IMG/VR virus record: IMGVR_UViG_3300029305_004474
Coordinates: 1 to 64,000 of that record
Source: a virus
Lineage: Duplodnaviria; Caudoviricetes
Direction: 5' to 3' (one strand)
Length of the DNA stretch: 64,000 bases
A program made the position numbers and the translations under genes. The notes under the pieces are model-generated. The model did no database searches and was not told the DNA's origin. It saw nothing but the letters and a program-made list of their open reading frames with translations. Below are positions 1 through 8,940 of this stretch, piece by piece. Every line of letters begins with the position of its first letter. Position 1 is the first letter of the stretch.

Positions 1-984
1 TCAAGCCTTCAAATTACTACTTGTATTATATGTAGCTTTTGGTTGAATGCCATACATCTTCAAATTAGTAGGCTTGATATAAACATTAGGCAAGTCAAAA
101 TGCATATCGACCATGTTCATATCAATCTTTGTCCATAACATACAATCTGAAGACTGATAAATAGTAGATGTACCATTATCATAGATATATGCATTAACTA
201 CAATATGAGTTGAATCCTCAAATACCATTAACTGTGGTTCTACTAAGTTATCGTCTAAGTAGATTTTAGAAGAACTTCCTGGTCTACTGTAAAGAAGCAT
301 GTTGGAATTTTTGAATGTCATAATAAAATTAACAGGATCTTCTGCAATATATTTCATGGATGATAGGGCATATCCTATCCAATCGGTATTATCAGATATA
401 GTCCATTCAATACCTATTGCACATCCTGTTAAGGCAACGTACATATCATCTACATATCTAAAAAAATCAGTTTGTCTCAATTCACTATCATAAATACTTT
501 GACGCATAATGTCTGGAATTGATACAAGGACAAATTTTTCTTTTTCTTTATCATAAATATTAAGTGTATAATTACCTTCTTCATCTTTAAGGATAGCTAA
601 ACTATTAGGTTCTGGTTCATCAGGTACACTCTCAGTATAGATATAATTTGAAGTCTTTCTCGTATACCATTCATCTGGATACATGCTATAATCGTCACCG
701 TTTCTATAATATAAATCATCTAGCATATTAATATACTGAATCAATACATTATTTTTGATAACGACTGTTATATTGATAGGTGTAATTTCTAAACTCACTG
801 GTCCATTGATAAAATATTCTATAATATAATTACCAGGTGATTTCAGTTCATTTAAGTCAATGGGATAATCTTCGCTAGAAGGAATCTTAATCCATCCATT
901 TTCTTCTGGATTAAATTTTAAAGCGTTTTCAATTGCCATATCTATTTGAGCACCCGAATACTTAGATTTATATATTCCAGCCAT
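1..984 (-). CDS. Tail fibre/receptor-binding-like structural protein with pyocin-knob-like segment
   Basis: 327 aa; N-terminal YKSKYSGAQID motif seen in tail proteins; DLNELKSPGNY...QY...YYR...W resembles the pyocin-knob pattern; late promoter upstream. Confidence 0.5.
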   Translation of the reverse strand: MAGIYKSKYSGAQIDMAIENALKFNPEENGWIKIPSSEDYPIDLNELKSPGNYIIEYFINGPVSLEITPINITVVIKNNVLIQYINMLDDLYYRNGDDYSMYPDEWYTRKTSNYIYTESVPDEPEPNSLAILKDEEGNYTLNIYDKEKEKFVLVSIPDIMRQSIYDSELRQTDFFRYVDDMYVALTGCAIGIEWTISDNTDWIGYALSSMKYIAEDPVNFIMTFKNSNMLLYSRPGSSSKIYLDDNLVEPQLMVFEDSTHIVVNAYIYDNGTSTIYQSSDCMLWTKIDMNMVDMHFDLPNVYIKPTNLKMYGIQPKATYNTSSNLKA

Positions 985-1018
985 AATCTCTCTAACCTTC
1001 CTTTCTTCCTTATTTTAA

Positions 1019-1033
1019 TTATCAGTGTGTTTT
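1019..1033 (-). promoter_or_regulatory. Late promoter AAAACA-CACTGA-TAA
   Basis: Matches the AACA-N6-TA motif recurring upstream of structural genes. Confidence 0.75.
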
Positions 1034-1042
1034 TAGAGTACC

Positions 1043-1450
1043 AAAATGAAGAAAAAAAGAAGATTAGATAAACTGACCAGACTAACGGTCAATTTACCTG
1101 AACAATCTCCTTTCCACCATAGCAATTCCCTGCATATCCCCATTATCTCTAGATAATCTCACGACTATCTGTGCAAGATAATAAGAGATATTTGTTAGAT
1201 CGTCAATCTAACTGCGTTAATCCCTATGGTTGTTCGGAACCTTATAGCTCGCTTTCAGTATTCCCTTTTCGTATAAGAGAGCTTATAGAAGAAGGTCTCA
1301 TCACCTAGAATGTGCATAGGTAGAGTTTTACTTCCATAAGGTTATTATACTACTTCGGTACTAACTTAATCACGAGGTATAAGTTTAAGTTTTCAATCCT
1401 CCCAAAAGGGAACTTGCACCAAGGCTGAACTGAAAACTTTATTCCTTATT
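1043..1450 (-). ncRNA. Candidate ~400-nt structured non-coding RNA
   Basis: ORF-free; early promoter at 1460-1469; multiple nested stems whose G-U pairs form only on the minus strand; terminal hairpin and U-rich tract at ~1043-1099. Confidence 0.55.
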
Positions 1451-1459
1451 ATCAAATAA

Positions 1460-1469
1460 ATCATGTATA
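1460..1469 (-). promoter_or_regulatory. Early promoter core TATACATGAT
   Basis: Identical core at 26866-26875; one of ten WATAYATNAT sites. Confidence 0.6.
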
Positions 1470-1495
1470 TCCCAAATTTGATTTAAAAAATGGGG

Positions 1496-1530
1496 AAAAA
1501 TACCGAATAGGTAAATCCTATTCGGTATTT
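1496..1530. terminator. Hairpin/intrinsic terminator
   Basis: aaataccgaatagg-taaat-cctattcggtattt perfect inverted repeat. Confidence 0.7.
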
Positions 1531-1977
1531 CTAAATTAATGAGATAGCCAATTTCTTTTTAAAGAACACTATTTACATATGTAAATTAAATTAAGTTAAC
1601 TTAAATCAAATTGTGAAAAAATATGTAATGATGAAAACTTCAATCTTGCTATTTTTAGATTAATTATTTGATCTATATTGGTTAATTACTAGATTGTAAT
1701 ACAATCCAAATCTATGGTTGTTAAAAACCTAATGATAAAGAAAATATAAAAAATCTCTGGAAATATTTTTCTGATAATACATAGCTGTATAAAAAATTTG
1801 GTGTGAGAGGACATACTCTCACGTTAAAATGTCTTGATATATGCTACAATCAAATTCCTATAAATTCGCTTATCTTGTACAATTTTTTCATTAAAAAATC
1901 TATATAATAAATCACAAATATATTTTAGATAGACTAACCGTCATGGATAAATTTATTAAATATAAAAATCTTATAGA

Positions 1978-2017
1978 AAGGAGTGTACAGATAATTTTAC
2001 TTATCTGTACACTCCTT
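1978..2017. terminator. Intrinsic terminator downstream of helicase
   Basis: aaggagtgtacagataa-ttttac-ttatctgtacactcctt 17-bp stem. Confidence 0.75.
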
Positions 2018-2034
2018 ATATATTATTTAATACA

Positions 2035-3231
2035 TTAAAAATATCTTCTATTTGGATATCCATGGTCTGTGAGAAATGTTATACTATCTCTGGCTCTAGT
2101 TACCGCAGTATATCTTAACCTGCGTGTAATATCAGAACTATGCATGAGTTCATCCATATATAACACATCATCTGCTTCAGAACCTTGAGCAAGGTGTGTG
2201 GTCAATACATACCCGTATTCAAATTTGTTGTATTGTGATAATCCATATTCTTTTTTCTCTTCGTATGGAGAGTAAAAATATCGTTTATCTAACTTAATAT
2301 CTTCAAAGCAAGAATCTAAGAAATCTGGTCTAAAATCAAATGATATAAACTTACTATTATTTCTAGATGAATGAATATCGTCAACAAATCCAACCATACC
2401 ATTAGTAAGATATATATCTCCAATGCATTCCTCCCAATTATTTTGTCTGCATACTAATTTCTCACCTAGATATAGTTTTTTATCATTAAGATGAAGAATT
2501 TCTTTTCTGATTCTATCATTTAATTCTTCCCTAGTCTTATTCTTTCCACAAAGAATCATATTAAAATCCTGAAGTAAATGTTTGTCAAATGGAATGGATT
2601 CAACTATTTTAGATTTACCATATATGCCATATTTTAAAGGAATATCATCCAATATCCAATTTGCTATCATTACAATAGGATCATCTTCTGCTTGACGCAT
2701 AATTTCATTGAGTATAAAATCTGGTTCAGATAATATTTTTGATGTACCCATTACAGGAGGTAATTGATTTTCATCACCCATGAATATAATCGGTATACCA
2801 AATGACAATAATTCCTTTATCATTTTATCAGGAACCATCTTACATTCATCTACTACAATACACTTTATCATATCAGGAAGTTTTTCTTTCAATTCAAACA
2901 TCATTATCGATTTCTTCTTTTGGTATTCTTCTCCAAATTCATCATATCCTTTTTCTATGAGATTCTTTATGATCACATCATATATCAAAGAATGAATAGT
3001 TGATGCATTATATCCTTTTCTAAGTAAAACCATAACTGCTTTGCCTACATAAGCACAGCATATATATTCTCCATTCTCATATCCCAAATCGTCTAAAAAT
3101 GCTCTAACTACTGTAGTTTTCCCAGTTCCTGCTCTACCTGAATAATAGAAATATGGTTTATCCATATTTTTTCTCCATTTGTGAAGCCTTTGCTTCAATT
3201 CGAGTTGTTCATTATTAAGAATGATACCCAT
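2035..3231 (-). CDS. SF1B RecD/Dda-like DNA helicase
   Basis: Walker A GRAGTGKT, VVDE, GDENQLPPV, MRQ, TTHLAQGSE, YTAVTRAR. Confidence 0.92.
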   Translation of the reverse strand: MGIILNNEQLELKQRLHKWRKNMDKPYFYYSGRAGTGKTTVVRAFLDDLGYENGEYICCAYVGKAVMVLLRKGYNASTIHSLIYDVIIKNLIEKGYDEFGEEYQKKKSIMMFELKEKLPDMIKCIVVDECKMVPDKMIKELLSFGIPIIFMGDENQLPPVMGTSKILSEPDFILNEIMRQAEDDPIVMIANWILDDIPLKYGIYGKSKIVESIPFDKHLLQDFNMILCGKNKTREELNDRIRKEILHLNDKKLYLGEKLVCRQNNWEECIGDIYLTNGMVGFVDDIHSSRNNSKFISFDFRPDFLDSCFEDIKLDKRYFYSPYEEKKEYGLSQYNKFEYGYVLTTHLAQGSEADDVLYMDELMHSSDITRRLRYTAVTRARDSITFLTDHGYPNRRYF

Positions 3232-3271
3232 TTATTTTATCACCCTTCTTTCTATAAATGAATTATCCCCA

Positions 3272-3286
3272 AAAACCTACTAATAA
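3272..3286 (+). promoter_or_regulatory. Late promoter variant AAAACC-TACTAA-TAA
   Basis: One mismatch to AACA-N6-TA, just upstream of baseplate genes. Confidence 0.55.
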
Positions 3287-3301
3287 CTATAATTAGAAAG
3301 G

Positions 3302-3688
3302 GTGGGGGTTATGACTAAGTTTACAGATACAATTCAATCCTGGTTTATGCCAGAAAAGGTTGTAGGTAAATACGCAAATACATCTGGTAGTTCTGGAAGC
3401 TCATCTCATCCAGTTTATATTCCAGCATTGATGCCTTTAATATCTTTCGGTAAAAAGACTACTACATCGAACGCACTTAGAAGCTCGTGCTTTTGCAATG
3501 ACTCCAAATGTAAACCTGCGATATCTGGTTCTATTATTACACAAAACTATATTACTGTACCGGTATATGAACATCAAGATTTCTCATTACCTAGATTTAC
3601 TCTAGGTGCTACTATGCAAATAGATGCATTAAATGGTGACTATGATGAACTTCGTATATCTCATAAACAAGATAGTTCCGTTTGGTGA
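3302..3688 (+). CDS. Putative baseplate hub/spike OB-fold-like small structural protein
   Basis: VYIPALMP and LNGD motifs resemble gp5 N-terminal OB-like domains; late promoter; overlaps gp53-like gene. Confidence 0.45.
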   Translation: MGVMTKFTDTIQSWFMPEKVVGKYANTSGSSGSSSHPVYIPALMPLISFGKKTTTSNALRSSCFCNDSKCKPAISGSIITQNYITVPVYEHQDFSLPRFTLGATMQIDALNGDYDELRISHKQDSSVW

Positions 3689-4140
3689 AAGGAGACTATA
3701 TGCAAATTCAAGAATATACAATACAAAATTATATAGATGCAATATCTAATGAAAATATTACAATGAAAAGTTTACATTATCAAACCATAATTAGTACAGG
3801 AGCACACTTGGTGTTAAATGCAGAATCTGTATTAAGACTATACAAAGCCGATATAACTAAAAATACTGTTTCTATCACATTCGATCAAAACCAGAAAAGA
3901 AAATATTTTTATAAACCGTGGGTTTATTCCTTTGACGTATTTGGTACTTCTGAATTATGGAGGGAGCTTCTAGATTTAAATCATATGCGTTCTTTTTCTG
4001 AATTTGATCATGAAACCATCAAATCTTTTTCTCCATCGATAGTAAATATGTTAAAGACTATTCTTAAATTAGAACAGGAGAAGATAAATTATAATTCATC
4101 AGATATGGTAGAGAAAATTAAAGAAGCAACCCTCGCATAA
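3682..4140 (+). CDS. Baseplate wedge protein, T4 gp53/LysM-like
   Basis: KPWVYSFDVFGTSELWRELLDLN matches the gp53-like RP-x-L-A-x3-YG-x3-LW-x-I-L-x2-N pattern; likely start is ATG at 3700. Confidence 0.65.
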   Translation: MVKGDYMQIQEYTIQNYIDAISNENITMKSLHYQTIISTGAHLVLNAESVLRLYKADITKNTVSITFDQNQKRKYFYKPWVYSFDVFGTSELWRELLDLNHMRSFSEFDHETIKSFSPSIVNMLKTILKLEQEKINYNSSDMVEKIKEATLA

Positions 4141-4156
4141 AGGGTTGCTTCTTTTT
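4120..4156. terminator. Bidirectional terminator between convergent genes
   Basis: aagaagcaaccct-cgcataa-agggttgcttctt with A/T flanks. Confidence 0.8.
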
Positions 4157-5825
4157 ATGCTATCCTCTTAACATTTGCAAAATTAGTTCTTTCGATCACA
4201 TTAATTGGTTGCTCTTGATTAATTTTTGGTCTCTTAGGAGTTCCATATCCACCAAATGCATCTTCTTTATCTTCATCTACACTTTCTAGATCTGATGCAT
4301 TCAATATCATAGACACTGATTTCTCTTTATCTACATCCGGCATCAATCTTAAAGTATTTCCAACGAATGGATGATTAAAGTAGTCAACTAACATATCATC
4401 TTTCTTACCTCTAATCTTATAGAGTTTAAATGACATATGATTTGAATTAGTAGATCTTCTTCTTTCCAAATTGATAGAACCTACCCAATCCGCTTCTTGT
4501 ACCAATCCCCACGCAGTACCGATTAAAGCTGGACCAACGAAATTCAATATTCCTTCTTTCTCATCTCTCGTAGCAGCATCGATAATCGAGTTACCCTCTC
4601 TATTAAACTGCATTGCTGTAATAACTGGAATATCGAAAACCTGTGAAAAAGTCTTTAATTCTTTTGCAGAATAAGTCAATCTTAATCTTTCATCATTATT
4701 ATTATCTCTACTAGAATCAATTTTGAGAATATAATCGAGTACTAAAGCTATAGGTTCTTTGCCCATATCTCTTAATCTGTACCATATATTATATAAATCA
4801 GATGTAGCAATTTCCAAATCACTATAATAAAGAATATCTAAATCTATACCAGTATCATCTGAAAATACAAATCTACCATTCTCTTTTAATATTCTCTTAA
4901 CTTCCTCAGGATCTAGCATCTTCAACGGAATACCTGTATCATTATACATATCAAACAGACGTTCGATTGTTTCATTAACAGTATTTTCCATTGTTATGAA
5001 CACTACCGTTTTTCTTATCCCATTTTCAACTGCTCTTATTTGTGGATTGAACAGCCTAAGCTGGTCTGCTATATTTAACAATGTACCAGATTTACCTTTA
5101 CCAGTACCACCTAAGAACAAATAAAGTCTACTACCCTCAAATCCAGGAGACAGCATTGCATTCATGCATCTCATCCCAGTCTTTAATATAGTAGACGATT
5201 TCTTAGCTCTTGCCACAATTTTATCCATCATGACATCATATAAATATCCACTAAAATTAAATTCTTTGATCATTTCATCAGCTGTAGAAGCCGACTCTAA
5301 AGCAGCCATCAAATTTGTTAACGAAGATTTCAACTTACTCACTGCTTCATAATAAGAATGAAATCCAGGTTTCTCTATTTCGGTATAAAGTTCACTTAAT
5401 TCATCCTTATATTGATATAAATATGAATATTGCAATCTTTCACTGATTGCTCTTTCTATTGTATCACATTCTGACTTATTTAATTTATTGGTATCTAGTC
5501 CTATATTAATAAGGACATCTACACCGTCAGGAACTTTTTCCTTAACGTACATTTCTAATACATCTGGATCATTGATATTTTCCTCTATAGTTCCTGCACA
5601 TATCGCCATTATAAGTTTAATACGAACTTGCATATCTTCATTATAATTATATGAAGATAAGTCAAGTTTTCTTAATAATTTTAATAGTGAATCAAGTTGT
5701 GGTCTTTTAACCCAACCTGTACATCTAGTATATTTAATTAGTGCATTCAGCATCGTTATGTCAAAATTAATATGAATTTGACCATTCTTTGCAGTCTGCT
5801 TCTGTCGTTTTTGTATCTTCGGCAT
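4155..5825 (-). CDS. dnaB: DnaB-like replicative helicase
   Basis: GGTGKGKS Walker A, FITMEN, LVLDYI, ITAMQFNR, ADWV motifs. Confidence 0.88.
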   Translation of the reverse strand: MPKIQKRQKQTAKNGQIHINFDITMLNALIKYTRCTGWVKRPQLDSLLKLLRKLDLSSYNYNEDMQVRIKLIMAICAGTIEENINDPDVLEMYVKEKVPDGVDVLINIGLDTNKLNKSECDTIERAISERLQYSYLYQYKDELSELYTEIEKPGFHSYYEAVSKLKSSLTNLMAALESASTADEMIKEFNFSGYLYDVMMDKIVARAKKSSTILKTGMRCMNAMLSPGFEGSRLYLFLGGTGKGKSGTLLNIADQLRLFNPQIRAVENGIRKTVVFITMENTVNETIERLFDMYNDTGIPLKMLDPEEVKRILKENGRFVFSDDTGIDLDILYYSDLEIATSDLYNIWYRLRDMGKEPIALVLDYILKIDSSRDNNNDERLRLTYSAKELKTFSQVFDIPVITAMQFNREGNSIIDAATRDEKEGILNFVGPALIGTAWGLVQEADWVGSINLERRRSTNSNHMSFKLYKIRGKKDDMLVDYFNHPFVGNTLRLMPDVDKEKSVSMILNASDLESVDEDKEDAFGGYGTPKRPKINQEQPINVIERTNFANVKRIA

Positions 5826-6426
5826 ATAACATGTTCTCTCTTTCTAATGTATTTGTATACATCTCCGCTAAACCTGGTTTAAGGTCATAGAGAAGACTAA
5901 TCATTTGAGGAGTGAGATTGTCAATGTATACGCACACATTTGGGTCTTTCTCTAATGCCGCATATTTTAATTCCTCACTTGGGTTATTAATATACCTTAT
6001 ATCAGATGGTCTTTCACGAACTCTTCTTAGCAAATAATCATTGCCTAAATTATCATAAGCACCTAGTAAAGATGGTTGCGAGTTGAAAGCCATGTTAAAC
6101 ATTTCCTCACATAAAATATTTTGAGGAATATATAAGATAGCACCTGGATAGCTTCTTAATGCTGTAAATGCCATTTTCTTTGTTACTGGAATATAATCAA
6201 ACTTATTCACTAATGGAATAATATTCTCACCGCATACATCTAAAGCATAAATTGCAATATCTTCAGTAGGATTTTCCATTTGTCCAAATAAAGATGGTTC
6301 TCTTTCTATACAAAACTTCCAAACTTTTGGTGTTTGATATCTATTCTTTAATAGTAGAATCATCTCCGGTGTATCATAGAGCATATCGAACAATTTTTCA
6401 TCGAATGATTCTTCATAAATACTCAT
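5767..6426 (-). CDS. DUF4116-like helical repeat protein
   Basis: Repeats of A-L-x3-P-x2-I-x-YI type (ALRSYPGAILYIP, RPSDIRYINNP, ALEKDPNVCVYI). Confidence 0.6.
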   Translation of the reverse strand: MSIYEESFDEKLFDMLYDTPEMILLLKNRYQTPKVWKFCIEREPSLFGQMENPTEDIAIYALDVCGENIIPLVNKFDYIPVTKKMAFTALRSYPGAILYIPQNILCEEMFNMAFNSQPSLLGAYDNLGNDYLLRRVRERPSDIRYINNPSEELKYAALEKDPNVCVYIDNLTPQMISLLYDLKPGLAEMYTNTLERENMLYAEDTKTTEADCKEWSNSY

Positions 6427-6446
6427 AATTTATTTCACCTCTTTTC

Positions 6447-7658
6447 TCATTGCGTATATTTCTTAACCAACTTTTCAATGTATTCTAAAGGTACTTTAGT
6501 TTTACCTCTTAATTGAATAAATTCATAAAGTTGCTGTGATATACCTAAAGATTTATCTTTTATAAAAGATAAATCTTCTTTTACTTCAGGTTTATCCTCT
6601 CCTTTCTTTTTATTTGATTTTTTATTTTTACTCTTAACCTTAATAACCACATTCTTATCTTTGACAAATGCGTCTTTAAGAGTTTTTATAATAATTTGAG
6701 ATTTAGCACATTTATCTATCTCATAAATCACTATTCTAATATGGACTTCCCTTGTATTTGTTTCTTGAGATAATGATTCTCTAATATTATTTATAAGAAT
6801 GTAAATATCATCCATATAATTGTCAACATTTATCATCTCATCGGGTCTTATATCATATGATTTATATATAGGAGCTATCGGATTAAGAATTTTTTCATAT
6901 GTATATTCTTCACTTTCTGTGTCAATGGATATCAAACCAATACCTTTAGGACTATCTTCTCCGTGTATCCACTGAGTAGGACTACCAACATAATATATCC
7001 GTTCATATTGTTTTCCATCATGCCAATGTCCACCGACTAGACAATACTTAATTATCTTCTGAAAATAATTCATTGGAAATGTGATAGATGTTATCACATT
7101 CATATCCTCTGGCTCTTCATATAATAACTTAGATACGTTTATATCCTGTCTTAATACCACATCAAAACTTCCATGGAAGAAAGCAATATCATTTTCATTA
7201 AGTAAGGTATCGGTATATCTGAGTATATAATCTTTAATGCTCATTATCTCATCCGGACAATATAGGCACTGTAACCCCGGTAATGTTTCTTCACTAAAAC
7301 ACTTTTCGATAACTTTAAAGTACGAAAACTCGTCCTCATATTTATAAAATACTGACATTTGATCCGCATCGTGGGATAATGTGCCTCTTATCATTCTTAT
7401 CTTCTGTACTCCTCTTGACTGACATAATTTAAATAATTCATCAAACCAATCAAGGGAACGTATAGTTCTTTTAGAATTAAGATATAGCTTACTATCAAAA
7501 TAATCACCTGCGATAACAACTATATCTATATCTCTGGTATCTATGGCATTTAAGATGTACTGATATTGACAGTACATCCTATAATCATCCATAACACCCC
7601 AATGTAAATCTGCTACAACTAGAATGTTATATTTCATATTATTTTTACCTTTCATCAT
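6447..7658 (-). CDS. sbcD: SbcD/Mre11-like metallophosphoesterase nuclease
   Basis: ADLH, AGDYFD, GTLSHD, FHG, GHWH, YVGS motifs. Confidence 0.88.
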   Translation of the reverse strand: MMKGKNNMKYNILVVADLHWGVMDDYRMYCQYQYILNAIDTRDIDIVVIAGDYFDSKLYLNSKRTIRSLDWFDELFKLCQSRGVQKIRMIRGTLSHDADQMSVFYKYEDEFSYFKVIEKCFSEETLPGLQCLYCPDEIMSIKDYILRYTDTLLNENDIAFFHGSFDVVLRQDINVSKLLYEEPEDMNVITSITFPMNYFQKIIKYCLVGGHWHDGKQYERIYYVGSPTQWIHGEDSPKGIGLISIDTESEEYTYEKILNPIAPIYKSYDIRPDEMINVDNYMDDIYILINNIRESLSQETNTREVHIRIVIYEIDKCAKSQIIIKTLKDAFVKDKNVVIKVKSKNKKSNKKKGEDKPEVKEDLSFIKDKSLGISQQLYEFIQLRGKTKVPLEYIEKLVKKYTQ

Positions 7659-7761
7659 CCATATTTCATTATCATAATAGTAACTGATAGTTCTTTACGA
7701 TTTATCATATGTGTCTTTACCATCATAATAATTATCCCTCCCATAAAGTTTCATCATAAAT

Positions 7762-7771
7762 ATAATATATT
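7762..7771 (-). promoter_or_regulatory. Early promoter core AATATATTAT for sbcD-DUF4116-dnaB operon
   Basis: WATAYATNAT motif upstream of replication operon. Confidence 0.55.
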
Positions 7772-7791
7772 GCTGAGTACAATTTAAGAAT

Positions 7792-7806
7792 AAAACATGG
7801 GGATAA
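7792..7806 (+). promoter_or_regulatory. Late promoter AAAACA-TGGGGA-TAA
   Basis: Exact AACA-N6-TA; overlaps the annotated ATG, so the true start is probably 7836. Confidence 0.75.
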
Positions 7807-7835
7807 TTTATACGAGAAGGAAGGTGAATTTTTAC

Positions 7836-8843
7836 ATGTTAAAGATTACTGATTCTGACATCTATAGAATGCAAGATAGTACTGGAGTATTAACAGCTAA
7901 AATATCCAACGTACTAAAAAAAGGTATGAGTGGATTTATGGGTGACGATATTATTATCTTGAATGGATTATTAGACGATTCTTTACAAGGATTGAGAAGA
8001 TTATATAATGAACCAATTATTTTAGATATCCTCAATGCGGTCAAAGATGGAACGATTCTTTTAGTTAGTTTATCTCTAGAATACAGCATTCCTAAATGTA
8101 TGCCATTTATTAAATACGCTGGTCAAGATAAAAGAGCTAAAATGTTAGTAAACCTTACCCCTTATGTGGTAACTAGACAATCAACTATGGGGGATAAGAT
8201 CTATTCTATTTCTGCTCAAAGATTATATCCTATTTTAGTCAGTGCATATCTCACCCTTACGAGATTTGATGGGACATATATGCCACCATCAAAAGCTATT
8301 GATATTGGTGCGTATTTATGGGCTAATATGTATAATAAAATTCTTTGTAAGACTGTGGCATTAGGTACTAATAAGGAACGATATGACGCATTTATGTATT
8401 TAGCCATGAAGTTTTTCTGTATCAATATTTTACAAACACCAGAGCAGATTGCAGAAGATGTAGCAAGAGGTTATTTGCTTAAGAAGGGAAGAAAGGATTT
8501 TCCGTTATTGAATGATATTTTACAGAAGATTCAAATAAAAAATGCAAATATTTATCTATCTTTTACCACTTTCTGTAAAACACTATTTGATAATGAAATT
8601 ACTAATCTTAGAGTTAACTCTCAGAGATCTGAAGCAACTATTAACACAGAACTTTTCTTGAATAGATTCGTAGATCAGTATAAATACGAATCATTATTTG
8701 CATTAGGTTCATTCCCATATTTCTTATTTGCAATTATGAACGCTACATTGAAAACTAGAGTAGTTAACGATATGGCATTCCAAGATATCATCTCTGATAA
8801 AAACTATAACGTGTATCAATTTATTAATTCAGTATTACAGTAA
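7836..8843 (+). CDS. Hypothetical late (probable virion) protein
   Basis: Long ORF, SD aaggtg before ATG 7836, late promoter, own terminator. Confidence 0.7.
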   Translation: MLKITDSDIYRMQDSTGVLTAKISNVLKKGMSGFMGDDIIILNGLLDDSLQGLRRLYNEPIILDILNAVKDGTILLVSLSLEYSIPKCMPFIKYAGQDKRAKMLVNLTPYVVTRQSTMGDKIYSISAQRLYPILVSAYLTLTRFDGTYMPPSKAIDIGAYLWANMYNKILCKTVALGTNKERYDAFMYLAMKFFCINILQTPEQIAEDVARGYLLKKGRKDFPLLNDILQKIQIKNANIYLSFTTFCKTLFDNEITNLRVNSQRSEATINTELFLNRFVDQYKYESLFALGSFPYFLFAIMNATLKTRVVNDMAFQDIISDKNYNVYQFINSVLQ

Positions 8844-8845
8844 TT

Positions 8846-8875
8846 TAGAACCTGAGATAAAAGTCTCAGGTTCTT
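8846..8875 (+). terminator. Intrinsic terminator
   Basis: agaacctgagat-aaaa-gtctcaggttct stem. Confidence 0.7.
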
Positions 8876-8940
8876 ATTTCCCTTTTATCTACGTTTGACA
8901 AACTAATAATTTTAATAAAAAACGGAAAGGAGATAAATGA

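Noticed and set aside
1100-1120. TCCACCA resembling a tmRNA/tRNA 3' end on the + strand
   Set aside because: No preceding T-arm (GTTCGA) or matching acceptor 5' strand; G-U pairing favours the minus strand
1215-1320. Hammerhead-like UGAUGAG...CGAA on the minus strand
   Set aside because: Core reads GUGAUGA rather than CUGAUGA, GAAA is not correctly placed after stem II, and stems I and III do not close properly
1079-1943. 12/13 match AGACTAACGGTCA (1079) versus AGACTAACCGTCA (1931)
   Set aside because: A match of this length is plausible by chance within 1 kb
2017-2026. TATATATTAT early-type core on the + strand
   Set aside because: Points into the 3' end of the helicase with no downstream sense gene; likely AT-rich terminator flank
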